DNA of 64,000 nucleotides from Candidatus Nomurabacteria bacterium (GCA_016199805.1 JACQGC010000004.1:19816-83815); one strand, 5' to 3'; counted from the first letter of the stretch, positions 9,640 to 16,979 are shown. Numbers and translations are program-made. The notes: generated by a model from the sequence alone, not told the origin.

Positions 9640-10006
9640 ATTTCTCGGACCCCCCCCCGCAGCGCCTTCAGCGCTTTTAAAAACAAAAACCGCCTACTCT
9701 CTTTGGTTTAACATATATAACGATTTTCCGAAAGCGCATAGATACACCTTGGGTGGAAAGATTGAAGATTATTTCCTCGGGTTGTTGGAAAACATTTTCA
9801 TTTCTATTTATCTACCGCCGGAAACTAAAATTCCCCGACTTATTATCGCAATTTCTAAACTTGATGGAGTTAAGTTTTTTCTACAAATCGCTTGGGAAAA
9901 TAAATGTATTAGTAATGAAAAATATTCCCAGCTTTCAGAAAAATTAGATGAAATTGGAAAAATGCTTGGTGGTTGGAAAAAAGGCCTAGAAAAGAAAACT
10001 CCCTGA
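9622..10006 (+). CDS. avd: DGR accessory variability determinant Avd (four-helix bundle); 5' end out of frame at C9 tract
   Basis: YSLW...FPKAHRYTLGGKI...LDGVKFFLQIAWE...LDEIGKMLGGW; first in-frame start is TTG 9749 inside the conserved region; ATG 9622 is one base out of frame across the C run 9650-9658. Confidence 0.8.
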
Positions 10007-10020
10007 ACTTAGTCAGGGAG
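9999..10020. other. hairpin between avd stop and TR 3' end
   Basis: CTCCCTGA-acttag-TCAGGGAG perfect 8-bp stem. Confidence 0.7.
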
Positions 10021-10030
10021 AAACATTCTT

Positions 10031-10148
10031 AGTTTCGGAACGACGATTCGATGAGCGTACTTGGCATTCCAGACATTGCTGTTCTCAAGCGGATTGACGT
10101 TCAAGTTCAGACGACCATCGTCATACACGTTGACGTTGGCAACGAAGA
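10031..10148 (-). ncRNA. DGR template repeat (TR)
   Basis: 118-bp intergenic copy of the target 3' end, rich in AAC/AAT codons (reads FVANVNVYDDGRLNLNVNPLENSNVWNAKYAHRIVVPKL in the VR frame). Confidence 0.95.
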
Positions 10149-10430
10149 TTTGTAGGATAAGCCATCTATTCCACCGCCAGCCTGAGCATAACTTAATATC
10201 AAAGACTGTGCTGTATATTATTTGAGAGCGTAAAACTCTTCCAACTCACCCCACCAACTTTTATGTTTTTTTGTTTTAAAAAAGAATTCACTCTTCCACG
10301 AGACATATCCGGCGAAATTCTCAAATTGATTTTTAAGCAATCATGTCCCAAAGCCTTGACCGTGAGCATTTCCAGATTGCGGATTTAGTATATATTAAAA
10401 TTTAAAAAGATAAAGGGTCAAAGGGAAAAA

Positions 10431-10508
10431 GTTTCAAAGTGACAAATGAAAAACCGTTCCTCCAGGTCGGCTTTTCACCTTACTGATGGAACGGTTTGAT
10501 GTTGAAAC
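10431..10508. other. hairpin/cruciform immediately downstream of DGR target stop (target-recognition candidate)
   Basis: AAACCGTTCC (10451-10460) pairs with GGAACGGTTT (10488-10497); outer GTTTCAA/TTGAAAC pair. Confidence 0.7.
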
Positions 10509-10518
10509 AGAAACAAAG

Positions 10519-11199
10519 TTACAGTTGCGGAACGACGACCCGATGAGCGCACCTGGCACCCCAGACATTGCTGAACTCAAGCGGATCGACGCCCAAGTCC
10601 AGACGACCATCGCCACACACGCTGACGCCGGCAACGAAGAAGCCGCCGTTTTCCCCCTCAAACAGGAAGAAGGTACCGTAGCCCTCTGCACGAAGATACT
10701 CGCGGTTGCGAGGATCTCGACAGAATGCCACGATTTGCGACTCCTGCCAGCAGAGACGTTTCAGATTCTCGCCGAAGCCTCCGAAGACCTGTGCGTAAGT
10801 ACCGTCTTTGATCATGTAGTAGACGGCTAGGACGGTTTTTTTCGTTGCCTTGCAGACTCCACGCTTCGCGGCTCCGTAGATGCCCGCATTGAAAACGTCA
10901 TTTGCTTCTGCCAGCGTCTCCTTCCCGTCGGTTTCCGCGAGCTCAATTGTGCGATCGGCAAACAAACGCTTGAGCCGCCCGACCACGTTCTCCGCGAGCT
11001 CGGCGAGAATAGTCTTCACCGTAGCTTTCACCACTGCCGCGATTTTATCACCCTGAGTCAATACCCGCTGAAAGTTATCGCCGTGGAGCACCCCGTTGGC
11101 GGAGAGCTCGATTACTGCCTCGTCTACTACCTTGCGGGTCGCAGACGCCACAACCGTCATCAACTGCTCTTTTCTTTCGAGTGTAATCATGCTGGGCAT
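10519..11199 (-). CDS. DGR target protein with C-terminal variable region (predicted CLec-like fold)
   Basis: last ~39 codons match TR; AAGGA RBS upstream; no obvious signal peptide. Confidence 0.92.
   Translation of the reverse strand: MPSMITLERKEQLMTVVASATRKVVDEAVIELSANGVLHGDNFQRVLTQGDKIAAVVKATVKTILAELAENVVGRLKRLFADRTIELAETDGKETLAEANDVFNAGIYGAAKRGVCKATKKTVLAVYYMIKDGTYAQVFGGFGENLKRLCWQESQIVAFCRDPRNREYLRAEGYGTFFLFEGENGGFFVAGVSVCGDGRLDLGVDPLEFSNVWGARCAHRVVVPQL
10523..10640 (-). repeat. DGR variable repeat (VR)
   Basis: 100/118 identical to TR; all 18 mismatches lie opposite TR adenines. Confidence 0.95.
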
Positions 11200-11336
11200 G
11201 TTATCATCCTTTTCTGCTAGATAACTACGTATCCCGTAGTCATAGCCAGGAAACGCCTAAAATTAAGCATCTTTTGGCTATGACTACTATTTTGCAAGTA
11301 ACTTTTTAAGGAACAATATATCTTTATATAATACAC

Positions 11337-11930
11337 TTAATTTCTCATTAAGTCAATACTTCCGTCTTTATGCAATTTTATCAGTTTGGAGGCTTTGTTT
11401 TTGATTGTGCCGCCGTCTATATATAGGTCAACACTGTAACCAAAGTATTTTCTAGCATCTTCCATGGTTTCACACGGCGGAATAGTTTCCAGATTGGCCG
11501 ATGGCGCAATGAGTGGTCCAGTTTCCAAAAGCAAATCCCGCAGAGCTTGTGGAGCGGGCAAACGAAAGGCTAAAGTATTTGTGCCACGATGCAAATACTC
11601 CAAGGCCGGGTCGGGACAATCCAAAACAATACTGACAGCTCGCTCGTGGCACATATCAGCCATGACTGATATGTGCCACAGCTCTTTTAATTTATTTTTT
11701 TGCTCTTGTGTTAAAATTACAGAAAACTTTTCAAGTTCACTCGTGTCTCCAATCAAAATAATGCAGGGTTTGGTTGGATTTCTTTTGCGGATAGTGTAAA
11801 TGCGATTGACTACAAATTCTGCTTGCGCCCGGCCGACCATGCCATAGATGGTATCCGTCGGCATAATCACCACACCATCTTCTTGTAAAATTTTTATTAA
11901 ATTTTTATCGTTCCAAATATTTTCTTGCAT
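11337..11930 (-). CDS. tsaC: L-threonylcarbamoyladenylate synthase (Sua5/YrdC)
   Basis: PTDTIYG, K.R...KP and APSAN motifs. Confidence 0.92.
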   Translation of the reverse strand: MQENIWNDKNLIKILQEDGVVIMPTDTIYGMVGRAQAEFVVNRIYTIRKRNPTKPCIILIGDTSELEKFSVILTQEQKNKLKELWHISVMADMCHERAVSIVLDCPDPALEYLHRGTNTLAFRLPAPQALRDLLLETGPLIAPSANLETIPPCETMEDARKYFGYSVDLYIDGGTIKNKASKLIKLHKDGSIDLMRN

Positions 11931-11931
11931 T

Positions 11932-12375
11932 TTATTTTAATTCCAAACTTCTGTGACCTTTTTCTTTATGCGAAATATAGATGTATCGGGCATTGGATGG
12001 GATAACACCTGAAACATTTTCCGGCCACTCAATGAAAACTATGTGTTCTTTATTGCCGATAATTTCTTCCCAACCCAGATGTAATAATTCTTTTTCATTT
12101 TTCAAACGATATGCATCAAAATGATATAAAAATTTATATTTTTTTGATTTAATCTTGTATTTTTTAAAAATAACAAAAGTCGGGCTTTTGATTTTATCTT
12201 TTAGGCCAAGGTGTTTGCCGACTGCTTGCGTAAAAGCCGTCTTGCCCGCGCCCAAATCTCCGGACAAGGCCACCACTAAAGCGCCTTTTTGCTTGGCGCT
12301 GGTTTTTAAAATTTTCTCCAGAAATATCTTGGCTATTTCCCCGGTTTCTTTGGTGTTTTTTGAAATCTTTTTCAT
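11932..12375 (-). CDS. tsaE: tRNA threonylcarbamoyladenosine biosynthesis ATPase
   Basis: GDLGAGKT, SPTF, HFDAYRL and IEWPE motifs. Confidence 0.95.
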   Translation of the reverse strand: MKKISKNTKETGEIAKIFLEKILKTSAKQKGALVVALSGDLGAGKTAFTQAVGKHLGLKDKIKSPTFVIFKKYKIKSKKYKFLYHFDAYRLKNEKELLHLGWEEIIGNKEHIVFIEWPENVSGVIPSNARYIYISHKEKGHRSLELK

Positions 12376-12446
12376 CCCAGTACTAAAATTTTAATTTATA
12401 AACCCTATCTTTATTACCCGTAATCAAAAATTTAGTACGGGACAGG
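12374..12446. repeat. start-codon-abutting inverted-repeat element, copy D (tsaE)
   Basis: ATCCCAGTACTAAAATTTTAATT ... CCCGTAATCAAAAATTTAGTACGGGACAGG. Confidence 0.85.
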
Positions 12447-12487
12447 TTGCTTTCATATTAACATATTTTGGTGTATTATCTTAAGAC

Positions 12488-12880
12488 ATGAGAAATAATA
12501 TTGCGAAATTTTTCGATAAATTGGAAATTATGATACGGGGGAAATTGAGCCATTACCCTATTTTATACGCACTCGTAGGCGGAGTGGGCATCGTGCTATT
12601 TTGGCGCGGCGTCTGGCACACCGCCGATGACATGAATATGAGTAGTATCCTGTCCTTAATATTGGGATTTTTTATCCTCGTTTTGACCGGAGTGTTTGTG
12701 GCGGAATTTATCGGAAACAAACTCATTATGACCGGCCTCATCGGTGAAAAAAAATTGGAAGAAAAAGAAGAGGGTGAAATCGAAACGGAAGAAAGCCAAT
12801 TGAAAAATCTGCAAAGCACTTTAAACCGACTGGAAAAAAAGTTGGAACATATTGATGAAGAAATAGACGAAAAGAAATAA
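12488..12880 (+). CDS. hypothetical membrane protein with C-terminal coiled coil
   Basis: two TMs (GGVGIVLFWRGVWH) and an acidic coiled-coil tail. Confidence 0.75.
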   Translation: MRNNIAKFFDKLEIMIRGKLSHYPILYALVGGVGIVLFWRGVWHTADDMNMSSILSLILGFFILVLTGVFVAEFIGNKLIMTGLIGEKKLEEKEEGEIETEESQLKNLQSTLNRLEKKLEHIDEEIDEKK

Positions 12881-12942
12881 CTTTTATTTCATAATTTTTT
12901 CACCCCTTCTTTTATAGGATTTGATATGAAGGAGTACCTGGT

Positions 12943-13095
12943 ATGCAGTGGGTAGAAGCTTGGTTCACGGCAATAAAGCTCTTCGTAGTCGCGATCTTGG
13001 GTATATTCGTCTTGGTCATCAGAAAGTTTTCCAGGCGGACCCAAGACAGGGACGAGATGAAGAAAAACGTGAGGAGAAATGAAGACAGGTTATAA
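12943..13095 (+). CDS. small 50-aa single-TM peptide (not in ORF track)
   Basis: AAGGAG RBS; MQWVEAWFTAIKLFVVAILGIFVLVIRKFSRR...; followed by a terminator. Confidence 0.55.
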   Translation: MQWVEAWFTAIKLFVVAILGIFVLVIRKFSRRTQDRDEMKKNVRRNEDRL

Positions 13096-13108
13096 GCCCA
13101 AAGCGAAA

Positions 13109-13142
13109 GAGGCGCCAACGATCCGTTGGCGCCTCGCTTTTT
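13109..13142 (+). terminator. intrinsic terminator
   Basis: 12-bp stem GAGGCGCCAACG/CGTTGGCGCCTC followed by T tract. Confidence 0.75.
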
Positions 13143-13383
13143 ATAGATGCCTCGGCCTTGCATTGGAATATAATATATAAACCAAGGCCGTTATGAAAGA
13201 ACTACGCTCGCAACATATTGTTGTTTTTTCGCATAATCTCATTTCAAGAGCAAGGCACGACTGGCCCGTCAAGTTGTCCTTCGCGTATGCTCACGCATAA
13301 GCTCCAGATCTCCCTCAAGGCCAACTCGCCCGGGGTGAAATAAAATAGTTTGAAAAACAAAATATAAATGCGAGGCTAAAGAA

Positions 13384-14262
13384 CTAGTTGTCGTTGCAGG
13401 CTGCCAGTTTTTTTCTCATCTCCGCCTGTGAAATTGTTGGGATTCTCAATTTTGTGTGTTTATCCAAGTGGTCATGTTTGTTTTTTGGATTGTCTGCAAT
13501 GTTATCTTCAAAACAATACACACAACCAACCCGGCGTATGGTTGTATCACGCCACTCAACAACCTCTCCATAATACACGAAGGGTTGTTTCGGCTTCGGA
13601 CGTAATTTCTCTATCTCCTCGTTAGCAGTTTTCAATCTTTCATTCAACGCATCAACTGCTTCCTCTTTGTCAATTTGATTTTCCTTTTCCAGGTGCGGAA
13701 TAAAAGAAAACCAGAAATAAGCCAGAACAGCCGTGGCTCCGAACAAGCAACCGAGACCTATTCCCCAGAACATACTTGAAATTACGGATTGGTCCGCCCC
13801 CTTGAGAAGAAGGTGAAGTTTACCGTTCACCTCCCCCAGATGTTTATTTTTGTCTTGTAGATTGTTGTTGTCAGCGCCGGGAGATTGCCCTTGTTTCTCT
13901 TCGTCCGCAACCTCGGTTTCTTCTTTCTTGTCTTCCAACGTCGACATCGCCGTCTCTTGTTTTTGGAATGCTTTTATGTCCTTAAACAAGAGGAGTGTGT
14001 CCTGCTGAACTTTCTCTGACGGTTTTTCCGCCTTGCAGTTGTCGGGAACAAACATAGTGTCCCCAACGTGAATTTTCGTGAGCCGAAATGACGGCACGGC
14101 GCTCAGCCACATCACTTCGGATGTCCAGAGAACACTGCCACATTCTCTACTGGCGACATCTACAATACCGGCGTCACCTTCTTGAAACATTGTTTTTCTT
14201 ACCGGAGCGGCCGCGCAAAGCGCGGCCCCCACGATGCAAATCATCAGCAATCTACCCGTCAT
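13384..14262 (-). CDS. exported/membrane protein: signal peptide, LysM-like segment, coiled coil, TM, C-terminal CxxC..HxxxH
   Basis: FQEGD...KIHVGDTMFVP pattern; TM FWGIGLGCLFGATAVLAYFW; CVYC...HDHLDKH. Confidence 0.6.
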   Translation of the reverse strand: MTGRLLMICIVGAALCAAAPVRKTMFQEGDAGIVDVASRECGSVLWTSEVMWLSAVPSFRLTKIHVGDTMFVPDNCKAEKPSEKVQQDTLLLFKDIKAFQKQETAMSTLEDKKEETEVADEEKQGQSPGADNNNLQDKNKHLGEVNGKLHLLLKGADQSVISSMFWGIGLGCLFGATAVLAYFWFSFIPHLEKENQIDKEEAVDALNERLKTANEEIEKLRPKPKQPFVYYGEVVEWRDTTIRRVGCVYCFEDNIADNPKNKHDHLDKHTKLRIPTISQAEMRKKLAACNDN

Positions 14263-14270
14263 GATTACTC

Positions 14271-15716
14271 CTAACTTTTTGGTCTTAGTCTCGTCAGGTC
14301 GTGTGGAATGTATATTTCAACTTCTGTCGCCTGAGCTATCGCCCGCTGAACTTTTTCCGCTATTTCTAAGCGAAAAAGTGACGGATTCCCAGTGTAGAGA
14401 GAAAGTTCTTGGTAACGCTTAGCAAGTTCCGGAGAAGCCTCAACCTCTTGCTTGTCACCCTTGGCGTTGATGACCACTTCAAACCGAACCTTGGGTTGTT
14501 CGGCGACCACGGCGCCATTCGTCTTCTGCGGCGCAGGCGGCGCAACTTCCAGAGACACCATTGGTCTGCCCACGATGGCGGGAACCCCGGTCTCCGGCGT
14601 CATTGGTTTACCCATAGCGAAAACCGAACCCTCTTTCTTTTCGTTTGCGTCGGGTAGGTTTCTGGGCGGGTCTTTCGCTACCGCCATTAGCCTGACCCTT
14701 TTTACACCCTTCTCCACGCCCCTTTTCTTTATGCCGAACTTCAACTCATACGGTTCACCGTGAACCATCTTTTTCCTGATACACTCCTGTATGGCCTCAC
14801 GGTCTTGAATGGGCCACCCTTTATCTGACTCATACCAAAGGACTACCCTCAGGGCGTTCTCAATAATCCTCGGATTGAGACATGGAGCGCCGCTAAACAA
14901 AACGTTATCTATGTCACCCAGGCTGTTGTTTGTGGCATCGAAAGATATGGGCAGAGCGTGGTTGCCCGTAGCCAATAACTTTTTCAAGTCGCTCAGGTCC
15001 AGGTCCCTGACATCCCCCCAATCCTGGAGCAACGATTTGTAAAAATCCAAGATCCAGAACAGGGACGTCTCGTTTATTTTCTGCCAGGCCTCTTCGTCGT
15101 CAATTGTTTTGTCCTGCCACCTCTCATTCTCAATGAGCGTGACCGTGCAATATTTCAAGATCCGCTCGTACATGTCTCCGCCGTGCCTCACCCGCTCCGG
15201 CCCCTCACCCACACTAGGCATTGCGAGGATGGCGTAAGTGGGTATATTCATCTTCTGGAGCATTTCTGCTACCGGTGGCACTGCGCCACAAGTACCGCCA
15301 CCCAAACCGGCGACCAAGCAGACACTATCATACTTGGCAAAAAGGTCTTTAAGGAGTTTTGTTTTTTCCTCTTCCTTGACCATCTCTTCGCCTTTGTTCG
15401 CATCGCCGCCAGCTCCCCAACCTTTTTCTCCCAACTGAAGTTTAAGAAAACGGTCCTCAAGACGAGTCCAGCCGAGCATATGACCACAATCTGCTTCTTC
15501 GCTTTGGTTGACTTCAAAACGATTCTTCAACTGGCTCTGATTGGACTCCATAGCCAAAACAGTCAGGTGGGGATTCATCTCTGGATCATATTTTCTGAGC
15601 ATTGCCGCAATTGCCGTCGTGCCGCAACCGCCGAATCCCACAACTAACAATTTTGCTTTTACTTTGGGAGCAATTACTTCCTCTTTTTTTTCAACCTTCA
15701 CGTCTTTATCTGCCAT
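14271..15716 (-). CDS. divergent FtsZ/tubulin-family GTPase
   Basis: VVGFGGCG, GWGAGGD...GE, AGLGGGTCG tubulin signature, EG..R, T7-like DLDLSDL; GGAG RBS. Confidence 0.85.
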   Translation of the reverse strand: MADKDVKVEKKEEVIAPKVKAKLLVVGFGGCGTTAIAAMLRKYDPEMNPHLTVLAMESNQSQLKNRFEVNQSEEADCGHMLGWTRLEDRFLKLQLGEKGWGAGGDANKGEEMVKEEEKTKLLKDLFAKYDSVCLVAGLGGGTCGAVPPVAEMLQKMNIPTYAILAMPSVGEGPERVRHGGDMYERILKYCTVTLIENERWQDKTIDDEEAWQKINETSLFWILDFYKSLLQDWGDVRDLDLSDLKKLLATGNHALPISFDATNNSLGDIDNVLFSGAPCLNPRIIENALRVVLWYESDKGWPIQDREAIQECIRKKMVHGEPYELKFGIKKRGVEKGVKRVRLMAVAKDPPRNLPDANEKKEGSVFAMGKPMTPETGVPAIVGRPMVSLEVAPPAPQKTNGAVVAEQPKVRFEVVINAKGDKQEVEASPELAKRYQELSLYTGNPSLFRLEIAEKVQRAIAQATEVEIYIPHDLTRLRPKS

Positions 15717-15730
15717 CTCTTCTCTCCTCC

Positions 15731-16096
15731 TTACTCTTCGGATACAACTTCAAAACTTTGTTGCGCTTTGTACTTGAGATACGACGGGTCGCTGAATATC
15801 TCCAGAAGACGTTGCTGGATAAATGCCTTCACTTGCTCTTCGTCTGAATCACCCAAATCGGTGAAGACAAAGAACAGAAGCATTTCTACCGACCGCGTCA
15901 ATTTATCTCCTGACCCGCCAAGCTCAAGCGTCACCCCATGCTCAAACCTCGTCCTAATGTTGGACGCACTTGTTTCAAGACTTTCTTTGACGTCGGCAAT
16001 AATTGCTGCTCCGACGCTCATCAATTCCTCCCTCTCTTCGTCGGTAATTCTTCTCGGGTTATTATCTACGTCCGCGCTCCAGCTCCCCACGAACAC
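15731..16096 (-). CDS. hypothetical protein
   Basis: GTG start with purine-rich RBS; directly upstream of the FtsZ-like gene. Confidence 0.6.
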   Translation of the reverse strand: MFVGSWSADVDNNPRRITDEEREELMSVGAAIIADVKESLETSASNIRTRFEHGVTLELGGSGDKLTRSVEMLLFFVFTDLGDSDEEQVKAFIQQRLLEIFSDPSYLKYKAQQSFEVVSEE

Positions 16097-16220
16097 CCCC
16101 TTTCTTTTTACTTTTAATTCTCTTCTGTTTTCAACGAACTCGCAACGAACTAGAAAATGCCCATTGTAAAATTCTGTCTTGAGAATATCAAAACAGTTAT
16201 GAAAATATTATGAAAATAAA

Positions 16221-16295
16221 TGGGGTGGTTATCGGGGGTTGAACCCGAACTAAAAGCTCCACAAGCTTCTGTGCTGCCGCTACACCATAACCACC
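16221..16295 (-). tRNA. tRNA-His(GTG)
   Basis: cloverleaf, anticodon loop TTGTGGA, G-1 and encoded CCA. Confidence 0.92.
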
Positions 16296-16320
16296 ATGTA
16301 CAAAAAACAACAAAACACTG

Positions 16321-16404
16321 TGCTCGGGGGGAGATTTGAACTCCCATGCCCTTGCGGGCGCTACCACCTCAAGGTAGTACGTCTACCAGTTTCGCCACCC
16401 GAGC
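16321..16404 (-). tRNA. tRNA-Leu(GAG)
   Basis: long variable arm, anticodon arm CTACC-TTGAGGT-GGTAG, GTTCAAATC T-loop. Confidence 0.92.
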
Positions 16405-16446
16405 ATATTATGAGTATAGCAAGAGTTAAGAAAAAATAATAGAAAT

Positions 16447-16854
16447 TTATTCTGCAACTTTTTCTGCCACTTCTTCCTCTTCCACATTGGCGACGGAACG
16501 CATTTTACTGCGAACGTCTTTGATAGCTTTGGTACGAATGTAATATAGTTTGCTCCTCTTGGCATGAGACCTCTTGGTGATTTCAATTTTACCAACCATT
16601 GGAGAAAAAAGCGGGAAAATTCTTTCCACTCCCACCCCAGAGGCCACCTTACGAACAGTAAAAGTAGCGCCGACTTCGGTGCCATGTTTTCTAGCCAAGA
16701 CGATGCCTTCAAAAATCTGGAAGCGAGCCTTGCCTTTTTCATCTATTATTTTTGAAGAGACGGAAACTGTATCACCTGCTCTAAAATCAAGCTTTTTTCG
16801 AGCTTCAATATCCACCGGACTAAACTTTATTTTGTTGATTTTATTTCCTGCCAT
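16447..16854 (-). CDS. rplS: 50S ribosomal protein L19
   Basis: FRAGDTVSV, FEGIVLAR, FTVRKVASGVGVERIFP, RSKLYYIR; start reassigned to ATG 16854. Confidence 0.97.
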   Translation of the reverse strand: MAGNKINKIKFSPVDIEARKKLDFRAGDTVSVSSKIIDEKGKARFQIFEGIVLARKHGTEVGATFTVRKVASGVGVERIFPLFSPMVGKIEITKRSHAKRSKLYYIRTKAIKDVRSKMRSVANVEEEEVAEKVAE

Positions 16855-16920
16855 CCCATTAAAAAATTTAAATAATAAAAGTACTACTTCCTGCAAGTCC
16901 GTTGATTTTCTAACGGGACA
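16853..16920. repeat. start-codon-abutting inverted-repeat element, copy E (rplS)
   Basis: ATCCCATTAAAAAATTTAAATA ... GTTGATTTTCTAACGGGACA. Confidence 0.75.
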
Positions 16921-16979
16921 CGTTGCCAAAACACTTTAACATAAAAGTTTTTCAAAGGCAACTAAGAATTATTTTTAAA

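Larger units (their letters stand above)
8644..11199 (-). mobile_element. diversity-generating retroelement: target(VR)-TR-avd(inverted)-RT
   Basis: DGR-type RT, Avd-like ORF and a 118-bp TR/VR pair differing only at TR adenines. Confidence 0.96.

Noticed and set aside
10434-10830. ORFs 10434-10691 (-) and 10486-10830 (+)
   Set aside because: Alternate-frame or antisense shadows of the GC-rich DGR target
16150-16347. 65-aa ORF
   Set aside because: Overlaps tRNA-His and tRNA-Leu
3706-16920. Repeats as a CRISPR array
   Set aside because: Dispersed inverted pairs rather than regularly spaced direct repeats; no cas genes in the window
16855-16929. N-terminal extension of L19 in the ORF track
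   Set aside because: Read-through of the inverted-repeat element; ATG 16854 is the more plausible start
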